Source: Octopus vulgaris
Taxonomy: Eukaryota
Reading direction: 5' to 3'
NCBI GenBank assembly: GCA_951406725.2
Contig: OX597826.1
Location: 81,158,001 to 81,222,000 of the forward strand
Length of the DNA stretch: 64,000 nt
A model generated the notes under the pieces. That model saw only the letters and a program-made list of their open reading frames with translations, had not been told where the DNA came from and did no database searches. Both the position numbers and the translations under genes were made by a program. Of this stretch, positions 53,150-64,000 are shown piece by piece. Every line of letters starts with the position of its first letter. Position 1 is the first letter of the stretch.

Positions 53150-54008
53150 TAGGGTGTGATGGGTAAATTGTCGCCATCTTATAATTTTAATTTTGCACAT
53201 GCTCATTGTTTATTTTTTGATTTTGTCAAATGCATGCAGTATAGTAGGGTCAGTTGGGCACCGACTGTGAAGAAAACAGCACCATGATGCAACTCACTCT
53301 GCCAGAAATTTGGAAACGACATGCTGTACTGCTTGGCATTTGTGCCAGAAACTCCAATACAAATATTTCAAACTGTTTGGGAGTGAATCTGAGGACAGAT
53401 GTACCAAGAGTGATAAAAATCAAACATCCAGTGAGCATCATGGTGTTTGGAGTGATCACTAGTGATGGTGATGTCATGCCTCCATTCATCTTCTCAACAC
53501 AGAGGCCTACATCAAGTGCCTGGAGGAGGTAGTACTGCTCTGGTTGAAAAGGGTGGCTGCTGGAAGAATCTATGTCTGGCAACGGGACTCTGCACCATCC
53601 CACACAAGCAGGAAAACCCAGTCACGGCTGTCAGACAATTTCTATGACCACATCAACCCTAACATCTAACTCCACCTAACTCCCTGACTGCAACCCCCTT
53701 GATTATTATGTGTGGGGTGCAGTTGAGCGAGAGACCAGCAAAATGCCTTGTAACACCAAAGACAAACTGAAGGCAAAGATTATGGCAGCATTCACCAACT
53801 TAAACAAGGTGACCGTCCAAAAGAGTTGCAGGAGATTCCAAAGTTGTCTGGAGGTCACAGTTACAGCCAATTGCGATTTCATTGAATAAATTTACTCTTT
53901 AGTATTTCAAGATTTTTTTATGTAATCTTGGTAAATATATTAAAATGAGATGTCAGTGTTATTTTCATTTTTGCGTAATTTAGACAACAGTTTATTAACT
54001 GCACCCTG
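53150..54008 (+). mobile_element. Tc1/mariner superfamily transposon, maT-like (DD37D), internally deleted and degenerate
   Basis: Ends ta|tagggtg ... caccctg|ta; remnants SIMVFGVITSDG, QRDSAPSH and (frameshifted) NSPDCNPLDYYVWG, about 37 residues between the second and third Asp. Confidence 0.75.
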
Positions 54009-54429
54009 TATCTCTCTCTCTCTCTCTCTCTCTCTTTCTATGTATATATATATATTTATATATACATACATGTTAGAACAGTGTGCTGTTCATTTTGCTT
54101 TTTTGTTCTTCCAGTGTTCAATAAAAAAGCACCAATCATATATTGATGAGATACTGATTTCAAATTTTAGCACAAGACCAGCAGTTTTGGGGGCGGGGCG
54201 GGGGGGAGTGAATCGACTACGTGGACCCCAGTGTTCAACTGGTACCTATTTTATCAACTCCAAAAGGATGAAAGGCAAATTTGACCCCCCAGCAGTATTC
54301 AAACTCGGAGTGTAAAGACAGACAAATGCCACTAAGCATTTTCCCCGGTGTGCAACCGATTCTGCCAGCTCACCATTTTATGTTGATGAAATAGTGATAA
54401 TTATTTAAATAATTTTGTCCTCATTCCAT

Positions 54430-54940
54430 CATCATCATCATTGTCATTTAAAATCCGCTTTCCATGCTGGCATGGGTTGGATAGTTTGTCTGAGGACTGG
54501 TGAGCAAGAGGCTGCACCAGGCTCAATCCAATCTGGCAGAGATTCTACAGCTGGATGCCCTTCTTAACGCCAACCACTCCAAGAGTGTAGTGGGTGCTTT
54601 TATGTGCCACCGGCACAAGGGCCGGTCAGGTGGTTCTGGCAACGACCATGCTCAAAAGGTGTTTTTTACGTGCTACCTGCATGGAAACCTGTCTGGTGGC
54701 ACTGGACCTCACTCAAATGTTGTTTTTCATGTGCCACTGGCACATGTGCCGGTAACGCAATGCTAGCAATGATCACACTCGAATGGTGCTTTTTATGTGC
54801 CACCGGCACGGGAGCCAATCCGTGGCCCTGGCAATGATCATGCTTGGATGTGCTTTTAACGTTCCACTGGCACAGGTGCCAATCAGGTGGTTCTGTCATC
54901 GGCCACGTCAGCGATTTTGAGTTGACTTGATTTGATTTCC
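54430..54940 (-). mobile_element. RTE 3' UTR fragment
   Basis: Multiple gtgccaccggcac subrepeats and the RTE terminus. Confidence 0.8.
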
Positions 54941-55443
54941 AATTTATTAACTAACTGCCACCTGTTGGTTATGATGATGGGGGGTTCCATTTGATCCGAT
55001 CGATGGAACAGCTTGCTCGTGGAATTAATATGCAAAGGGATGAGCACTCCACAGACACGTGTACCCTTAATGTGGTTCTCATGGAAACTCAGTGGGACTT
55101 AGGATGTGACAAGCCTTTGAAATACATATGCTATATATTTTGGCCAGCTGGGTGGACTGTAACAATGCAAAATAAAGTCTCTTGCTTAAGGACACAATAT
55201 GCCACTGGGAATTGAACTCACAACCTTACAGCCATGAACAGAATCCCCTAACCACTAAGCCACGAACCTTCACAATTCCTGTCCAATGCATTAATATTAA
55301 ATTTCATTTATTTTTTCAACCATTTAATTTTTTTTTTTTATGTTTATAATATTACAATCAGATAAATAATAATTGTCTGAGAATGACATTAGAAAAATAA
55401 TTGTATGTTCATTTTTTAATTATTTTTCTGTAATTTTCTTCAG

Positions 55444-55670
55444 GACAACTCTATAAGACAAACCAAAATAATAAGATCTTGAAGATTACCCTGTTGAAGT
55501 ACGATTATGCAAACTGCACTAATTATACCCCAACAAAAATTTCTTTCCATGAACTGAAACCAAGCCAGAACATTTCTAATAGCTCAGCCACCCAGTCATA
55601 TTATAACTGGTATAATTACCTAGTAAGTAGTATAATGATTTTTATTTCTCTAATTATGCTGATGATTTAA
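55444..55670 (+). CDS. Avidin-like gene 1, terminal coding exon 4 (GQLYKTNQNNKILKITLLKY...NISNSSATQSYYNWYNYLVSSIMIFISLIMLMI*)
   Basis: ttttcttcag acceptor in phase 1, open to TAA; aligns by eye with avidin GQCF..EVLKTMWLL; C-terminal small residues, spacer and hydrophobic tail resemble a GPI signal. Confidence 0.8.
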
Positions 55671-55738
55671 TAATTTGGTAATAATTCTTATAGCTTGTTT
55701 TAGCAGCAGACTCAGTTTCTTCCAAGATAATGATGATG

Positions 55739-55805
<67 letters not shown>

Positions 55806-55859
55806 TGATAATAATAATGATAATGACAATAATAATGATAATAATAATAATAATAAGTA

Positions 55860-56089
55860 AAATAATTGTCTTAACTGGTACATCACTCATATTGAGAAGA
55901 GCATTGTCGATGTGAGAACTGTTGCTGCTCATGTATTTTAATTTAACTTAAAAAAAAAAAAAAAACGAACTACTGAGTTTGGTTTAATGGCCTACCAATA
56001 TACACTATGAGTTTCTTTGCCCTAGGAGTCGGGAAGACACTCGGCAAGAAACGGAAGAAAATTTGAAAGAAGAAAAAAAAAACAAAATA

Positions 56090-56121
<32 letters not shown>

Positions 56122-56933
56122 TGGTGATGATGATAATAATAATAAAAAAATTTGAAGACAGACAGAGAAAAAAGATGGCTATGGATGACTAAAAGTGATT
56201 TAAAACCAGAAATGGAGGCTCTAATCTGTGCTGCCTGAGAGCAAGCACTAAAAACAAATTACATCAAATACAGAATGGACAACACATCAGAAAGTTATAA
56301 ATGCAGAATTTGTGGACAAAATGGTGAAACTGTATGGCATATGACCAGCCAATGTATGCCACTAGCCCAGAAAGAATATAAGAGACATTGTGACAACATA
56401 GCAAGGATTGTCCATTGGGTACTTTGCAACAAGTATGGATTTGACAGAGCAAAAATTTGGTACAAACATAAACCCAAAGGCACCATCGAAAATGATAATG
56501 CAAAGATCCTGTGGGATTTTATGATTCAGTGCGACCATGAGATAGAGGGTAGGAAGCCACACATAGTGTTAATTGAGAAAGAAAGCAAACGATGTTGGAT
56601 AATTCCTCTACAGCATCCCCAGCTGACAAGAAGTTATGTGATAAGGAAGAAAGAAAAGTTGATAGATATGAGAGGTTAGCTTGGGAGGTTAAGCAGTTGT
56701 GGTTGATTAAAAAAGGTGATAGTAGTACCAATAATTGTTGGAGCCCTGGGAACAGTAAAGTACATGGAACAAATAGGGGCTGCAATAAGAGTGGGGCACT
56801 TGCAGACAACAGCACTGCTTGTAACCACTCGAATACTCTGGATGGTGCTTGTAAAATAAAGGCTTTTACCTTAGTTCACTGGAAGTGAACAACTGGCACT
56901 GTAGTACATCTCCAGCATTAGAAGCTGTGAAAA

Positions 56934-56935
<2 letters not shown>
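55860..56935 (+). mobile_element. Two Dong-type LINE 3' fragments in (TAA)n
   Basis: 55860-56085 matches the 3' end of 33121-35303; ORF 56275..56679 has CRIC..H..C, KRHCD, ILWDF. Confidence 0.85.
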
Positions 56936-56990
<55 letters not shown>

Positions 56991-59379
56991 CCTTTCTACT
57001 GGAAGCACAAGGTCTCAAATTTGGGGGAAGGAATTAAGTCGATTACATTGACCCCAACGCATAACTGGTATTTAGTTAATCGACCCTGAAAGGATGAAAG
57101 GCAAAGTCAACCTCAGTGGAATTTGAACTCAGAACATAGCGGCAGACAAAATACCACTAAGCATTTTGCTTGTCATGCAAACGATTCTGCCAAGATATAG
57201 ACTAATGGCTGAAGGAGATTGGAATAGAATGCCTGGAAGAGCTCCTACAGAAAGTCTGTCTCTTAAGGACAGCAAGGATTATCATAAGAATTCCACGTAC
57301 TTGAGAGACTGCTGAAAACTTGTGGATACCTAAGGATGCAGGTAGTAACATGCTATCCACATGACTCCTACTCGGAATAAGACTAAACCTGAGCCAAACT
57401 AAAATTATGATAATAATAAATTTTTCCTTTATTACTCGAAATGACTTTGATAATTTATTTTTTACCAAAATTTCATGAGAGGTTACAAAGAAAGAAAAGT
57501 AAAAAGTGGAATGTGAAAAACAACTTCACAAATGAGGAAACGAAAGATGTATGAAAATAAATTGAAATTTCAAAAAAAAAAGATAAAACAAAATAATCAA
57601 AATGAAAACTAAAACAAGATTGTCTCAAAAGAGTTTCTCTCTGGTCAATCACTCATCAACAAATGTAGCAAAAAGATTTTCCTACCCTGCATCATTAATC
57701 TCATTCTTTTTGCCTCAACACTTTTTACTGGGCACAGTTCCAGTATGGTTTTGTGAATTTTGAGGTTCATTAGGACATGCAATTCGTTTGGACCCCTTCT
57801 GACCACTTCTCATCGTTTGTTAATCCTGCATCAATCATTCTCCCATAATTCCAACTCACAACTAGCCACAACTCTATGTCATTTCCAGTGTTTCTTATCA
57901 CCATTCTTCTAGTTCTTTCACCCATGTCCTAAGTCACAAATGGATGGATTTATATCTGACAATTTCGGTCTGTGTTTCAGGCAAAATCTTTAGCTTTGAA
58001 GACACAGCAGATACTGCCATAACATTCGTCTTTTACAATTAAGAGAATTTCTCCTGATATGTCCTGAAGTGTTTGTTCTACTCCTTGTTGTGAATGTGAA
58101 GACAGATTTGGTCTATTCCTGTTCTTTCCTAAACAGAGATATATAATTTTACTCTTTGCCCTCTCATCTGGCAAAGAAATACCATTCAGTTTTACAAAAT
58201 TCTCCCAACTTCATTTTTTTCCCTTCTTTGAGCTCTGATTGGTTTAATAATTCTATTTGTTCAATTTATGTTAACACAATTTTTACCTTTCTTATTTTTA
58301 CATTTCTTATAGGAATGGATAATAGTGTTTTACTTAGTATAAGAGTTGTCACAGCTGTTTTTAACTTTATCTTAAAAATTACTTCTTTGAGTGTTTGGGA
58401 TATTTTTATTTTTGTCTGTTAATTTTTCATTAAATTGTTTGTTTTTTTACATTTAGAAAAAATGTATATTTGATAACCATTTTAAGATGTGAAACAGTAT
58501 ATTTGGTAACCATTTTAAATGTGGAAAATTTAATGAGTGTCATCTGAGAAGAAATTCCTTTCTTCTTCTCTTCCTTCAATGAGGCTTTGAAAAGGGTCAA
58601 TGCCTTTCCTCTTTCCGTTGAGTGATTAAAGAAAAAAAGCTAATGTCCATCTTTTAGGCAACATACACTGAATTAGTTTCTGTTGCTTTCTTCCGAATCC
58701 CTAGAAGGTTCCATTACAGAATTGCAAATGGAACAAATCCTTCATCCTTTATATAGCACCCTGCCCCCCCCCCCATCTACCACCTGTGGCCATGAACTCC
58801 ACTTCCAAAACGTACCAATTTATATCTCAACATAAATATAGGGATTTGTAGCTGTGATCTTGCAGCAAGTGAACGACTGTGCTCAGTGTCTGTGAATACA
58901 GAGATTAGAGTTTGTTTTTAAAATATGTGTAGAACTAAGAATGTCCATGTGTCTCAGTGAGTGACCATAACTATGACAATTCTGGTTTAATAAAAATGAT
59001 ATGTAGAATTCCAGTGTTTGCCAAAAGTAATCTACTTTCTTCTGATTCTTTTTCATATTTTTGGCCGATAACTGGTCGCTTGAGAATTTCAAACAAGAAG
59101 GCAAGTATAACAATAATTCCTGAGAATAATTATTTTCTCCATTCAACCTCTCTCTTTTTTCACCCTTAATTTCTTACACTCTCTATTTATCTTTGTATGT
59201 GTCTGTCTCTCTTTATCTGTATATCCTTGTATAAGTCTGTTTCTACCTCTCTCTCTCCATCCCTCTCTCTCTCTCTCTTTCTCTCTATCTATCTATCTAT
59301 CTATCTATCTACGAGAAGGAAGAGGTATTTTCATTGTACTTGTGGCTATGGCAAAAGAATGTGTCTAGTGGACGCATCT

Positions 59380-59885
59380 GAACAGATTAGAGACAAACAC
59401 TTCACTTTCCTCTCTGGTCAATCTCTCATCAGCTTCCTCAAGTATCACTTGAAGAGGAAGGTGAGAGTAGAGAGGCAAGTTTTGTCTAGTGAATGTTTAA
59501 AAAAAAGATGGGTGAATGTAGCAAGGATGGCACGTATGAATGACGAAGCCACCTTGAGCATAATCCTGTGAACTAGAAAAAAAAAGCAAGGTAAAAAAGA
59601 GAGTTACCTACTTATAAATGTGTTATGTGACATTATTGCCTGAGGTTACCGTGGTCTTTTCATAGGTTTTTCTTTACACAAATAAACCTCCCCACTTTTG
59701 GGAACTTTTTGTATTATTTCGACCTTTTGTATATCTCAAACGATTTCGATCCCTTTTGATCGTTATCCCTATTTTTTATTTATTTTTATTTTTGTTTGTT
59801 TTCGCCCCCCCCCCCTTCCAAGAAAAGCTCTACATTGTATTTGTCCGCTCTAAGTTCAACCCTTGTGTGGCCAATAAAGAAAGTT
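59380..59885 (+). mobile_element. L1/Tx1-type LINE 3' fragment
   Basis: 3' end ccttgtgtggccaataaagaaag shared with 7570-7592; short ORF2-like tail. Confidence 0.5.
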
Positions 59886-59902
59886 ATCTATCTATCTATC
59901 TA

Positions 59903-59954
<52 letters not shown>

Positions 59955-59958
<4 letters not shown>

Positions 59959-61151
59959 GTCGTCCGGAAAGTTTGTACCGATTTTTAAAAGAAAGAAAAA
60001 GGTCAATAAATACTTGCCATTACATTTTTAATCAACCTAATATGAACCATTTTGTTGCACAATCTCCATATTTCCTTTAGCTTGAAAATATCCTCTTCCC
60101 AGAATTGAGGTGGTTTCAAGTCAAAGAATTCATTAAGGTATCTTTTTACGTCATCCAAGGAATTGAAATTTTTACCATTAAGACTTCTGCAGAGACCTGA
60201 ATAAGTGGAAATCCGAAGGAGCAATATCCGATGAATATGGAAGGTGGAGTAACATCCCAGGCGAGCTGCAGCAATTTTTGTCTGGTTCCCAAAGAAACGT
60301 GCAGTCTTGCATTATCATGTTGGAAAACAACACCCTTTCTGTTGGCCAATTCTGGATGTTTCTCTCAAATTGCTGCTTTTAACTCGTCCAGTTGTGTGCA
60401 GTATTTCTCAGAATTAATTGCCTGGTTACTTGGGAAAAGCTCAAAGCACAGAATTCCTTTCCAATCCCACCAGACACAAAGCAAGACTTTTTTAGGGTAA
60501 GACCCGCTTTTGGGGTAGCTAAGGGTGGCTTGTGTTGCTTATTCCAGGATCGTCACAATTTGCTTTAAAAAAAGGCGCATTTTCATTCCTTTTATTAAGT
60601 GAATCACAGATGGAAATGTGATCCAAAAGGTTCTTCTCACTCAACTCATGTGGTACCCAAACATTGTAGCGATTTGTGTACCCAAGCTTTACCAGGTGCT
60701 CATGAATGACGAATTTTGATAGGTTGAGGCTAACTGCCAATTCTCGGGTTGTGCAATGTGGGTTATTCTCAATTAATGATTTGATTTGGTCATCATCTGT
60801 AGTCAAGGGTCTGCCTGATCACTCTTTATCAATAAGGCTACAATCTCCATCTCGGAACCTTGCGAAACATCACTGTAAACTGCGCATATTTCTTTGGTTG
60901 CTTGGGAGGCATTTTTCCCTTTACAGAAAAAGAAAAGCATCAAGTGCCGAAAATGAACTTTCTTATCTTCCATTGTAAAGGGTTACAGAATCAACACAGG
61001 TTATAGGAACATAAACCTTCTTCCATGAAAAGATAGCTTAAACTGTACTCTAAATGGAGGTGTAGTCAAATCCTATTTTATGAACTCAATCATGTTCTAA
61101 AATAAGTTGAAAGGTAAGCTACTATAAATCGGCATGAACTTTCCGGACAGC

Positions 61152-61155
<4 letters not shown>
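59955..61155 (-). mobile_element. Mariner transposon, near full length, defective transposase
   Basis: TIRs ttgggtcgtccggaaagtttgtaccgattt / aaatcggcatgaactttccggacagcccaa in (TA)n; WVPHEL and FQHDNAR motifs in fragmented ORFs. Confidence 0.92.
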
Positions 61156-61194
<39 letters not shown>

Positions 61195-61840
61195 ATTATT
61201 ATATACGTTTTTATTATTATTTTTTGCAATTTACTTAATCATTGTTATTTTAATTTTAATATTTCTATTATATGTAATTTTCTAGATGATGTAATTTAAT
61301 TGTTCGTTTTGAATTGATTAAAAGTGGATTTTTTCCTAATTTTATATATATATATATATCTTAATCTACCTCCTCATATTCACAAAATCTTCTACACTCA
61401 ATTATTTACATTTAGTCAATTAATTCTAGTAACTTCTATGAAAAGCAGAAGGTCAGTCTTTCTTTAGACTTTCTATTTTTGTAGACATAGAACTTCTCCA
61501 TAGAGGCAACCTTTCAGACAAATTCCATGATGCTGTACTCCAATGTGGCGCTCAAGTTGTGAAAGGAAACTTGGTCTGCTTTTTTTCTTTTATGTGTTAG
61601 CCATTTTCAAATAACTTGATTTGAATAACTGTTTGACGCCTGTTGAAAATGATACAAAATAATAAAGACAATAACGCCATAAAAAGAGAAGAAACTCACA
61701 AATAAATACTAATCTTTCTGCTTTTCTCCAATTTTAGAATATTTACTGCAAATGATGAAGGTGGAATAGAAATAAGGAAATAACATGACAAAAAAAAAGA
61801 CTCCCATTTAGAAAAACAAGTTTAAAAAATTCTGTTGTTA

Positions 61841-62748
61841 TGAGGTAATATCAAAACGTTCCGGGACTAGTTGTGTAGCATGCCAACAGATGGCAGCACA
61901 TGGTTGCATGAGCAGTGAGAGCTAGCAGTGACCTTCATGAGGCAGTGTGCTGAGTGACATTGCTGTGTTTACTTCATAAGTTGTGAAATTTGTTTTGTGA
62001 TCATGTGTGTATGCTGTAGTTTGCAATTTTGTCATGGACAGGAACAAAGAGCCAATATGAGATTCTGTGTTAAAACTGGTAAGTCTGCTACAGAGACATT
62101 GAGCAGGCTTTGGCAAGCCTACAGTGATGAGGCAATGGGTTGTATGCAATGTTTTGAGAGGCACGAGTGCTTTAAAAGCAGACGAATGTCCCTGGAAGAT
62201 GATGAGCGACCTGGAAGACATACCACAAGCATAACCCCTGGAAATGTGGTATTGTGCATCAAGAATCCGTCCCCTAGGGCCAGACCATCAGTTGAGGGAT
62301 CTCCTGTGATATTTTGAAGCATTTGAGATCGAAGACTTGGTGAAAGCGACTGGAGCCTGAAGAATTGGATTCATCATGATGACAATGCATTCTGTGACCG
62401 AGCTCTCCTCACTTGTGAGTTTCTTGCTGAAGACTAAATGGTATCACTTCACAACCCAACCTATTCGCCAGATTCACCACCTGTCGACTTCCATCTCTTC
62501 CTCAAGATGAAAATGCAGCTCAAAGGTCACCGTTTTAACACCATTGTCAACACCCGGAGCAAATTGCAGGTCTTTGGCTCACTTTCAGAAAACAACTTCC
62601 AGGAGAGATTCCAAAAGTGGTAGGAATGCTGCAACCTGTGTATTGCTGCACAAGGTAACTATTTCGAAGGAGAGAGTGTTAAAACTTAGGTAAATTAGTT
62701 ATTTTTCATTAAACATAACTAATCTGGGAACCTTTTGGTACCACCTCA
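61841..62748 (+). mobile_element. Mariner transposon, internally deleted
   Basis: TIRs tgaggtaatatcaaaacgttcc / ggaaccttttggtaccacctca with TA flanks; EQRANMRFCVK..SLEDDERPGR, HHDDNA, YSPDSPPVDFHLF. Confidence 0.9.
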
Positions 62749-63463
62749 TATACTTAAAGATGTCTACATTTTAAGCAGCTAATATATAAAGCTTTAATAA
62801 TCCTTTCTGCTATAGGCATAAGGTCTGAAATGTTGGAGAAGGGGACTAATTAATTACATTGAACAAAGTATCCAACTGATATTGAAAGGATGAAATTCAA
62901 AGCCAACCTCAATGGAATTTGAACTCAGGGTGTAAAAATAGATGAAATACCACCAAGCATTTAGTCCAGCATGCCAACAGCTCTACCAGCTTACCACTTC
63001 AGATAAAGCTTTTATAATATAAGAAGTTTATATTTGACATTTATTTATGACTCATATATATTTAGCTGTTCATTTTCCCAGTCCTATCAGACACAGAAGG
63101 AGTATGGTATAAAAGCACCGTACTCTGGTTTGATGCAAAAACAGATCAGTCTACAATGCTACATCACAGCTTGGGTGTATTATCTACAATATATATGTCC
63201 CAACAACAAGAAATAGATAAAAATTAGCATTACAGAAGTTAAAATGGAAGGACTTCTAAGCTGCAAGACGAAACTATGAAGCAACTGGTGGCTTATTTCC
63301 TGCAGTTGTTATACGCAACCACAACAATCTATATGACATCATAAACCATACCAGTTATGATGTTACATCAAAACAGGTATGGTTTACCTGCCATGCATGT
63401 CGTTCAATCACTGATCAAATTACAACATTAATCTTTGATGAGTTTATTTATCTGCCATTACAG

Positions 63464-63550
63464 ATGGCAACTGTAGCCTGGAAGGTACTTGGTATAATGA
63501 TCTCGGTTCTACAATGGTCATAAAACAAAATGAGGATGGTTTACTGGAAG
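63464..63550 (+). CDS. Avidin/streptavidin-family exon (DGNCSLEGTWYNDLGSTMVIKQNEDGLLE); gene continues beyond the window
   Basis: ctgccattacag acceptor, G|gtaag donor, 87 nt, phase 1-1; close match to the chicken avidin N-terminus CSLTGKWTNDLGSNMTI. Confidence 0.88.
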
Positions 63551-64000
63551 GTAAGAAGAATACATTTTCAAAATATCAAAATGTAGATTATTTTAATAGT
63601 CATTCAAATTTGTATCAGGCCATTTTATTTTTTTAAATTATGTTATTTTAAAAGGATCCATTTATTGTAGATTTTGTTTCAATATATTTTGTGTTGGGTA
63701 AACACATCCTGAGTCAAATCTAGCTTTGATTCTTCATGTTAAATTCTGGGACAACATTCTCATAAGTTGGTATATCAGGCATCACAGGTTGAGGTTCTAC
63801 ATATTTCTTCAGCCTCCTGAATGCAGTCACCAAACTCTCTTCAAATAAACTTCCTAATCAAATTAAGAAAAGAAGATAAAAGTAATAAAAAAAAAAAAAT
63901 CAAGGAAGGGGTCACATACTTTGGATTCCAAAAGAATAATATAATTTGATTGGCTACAGGCCTAACTTGAGCATTTCATTGACCACAGGCAGAACTAACC

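Overview
Repeat-dominated, AT-rich eukaryotic DNA. The SINE/LINE repertoire suggests a coleoid cephalopod, probably Octopus (inference, not searched). Mobile elements: RTE-clade LINEs (one 5'-truncated copy with an open 612-aa RT ORF carrying an internal PHD-type finger), R4/Dong-type LINEs nested in (TAA)n, Tx1/L1 and CR1-group remnants, several tRNA-derived SINE families, mariner and maT(DD37D) transposons, MITEs, Helitrons and many microsatellites. The host gene content is absent from the ORF track. A four-exon + strand CDS (45073-55670) encodes a 162-aa signal-peptide-bearing, heavily N-glycosylated, probably GPI-anchored degenerate avidin-fold protein. A canonical avidin exon (CSLEGTWYNDLGS, 63464-63550) follows and runs out of the window. 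Non-coding highlights: a 111-bp-arm foldback at 8911-9153 whose mismatches are almost all G-U on one strand in ADAR-like context (possible genomic fossil of A-to-I hyper-editing), palindromic Penelope-like remnants in (TA)n with a degenerate hammerhead ribozyme, and a higher-order tandem array built from an RTE 3' UTR. Repeat boundaries are read by eye and approximate.
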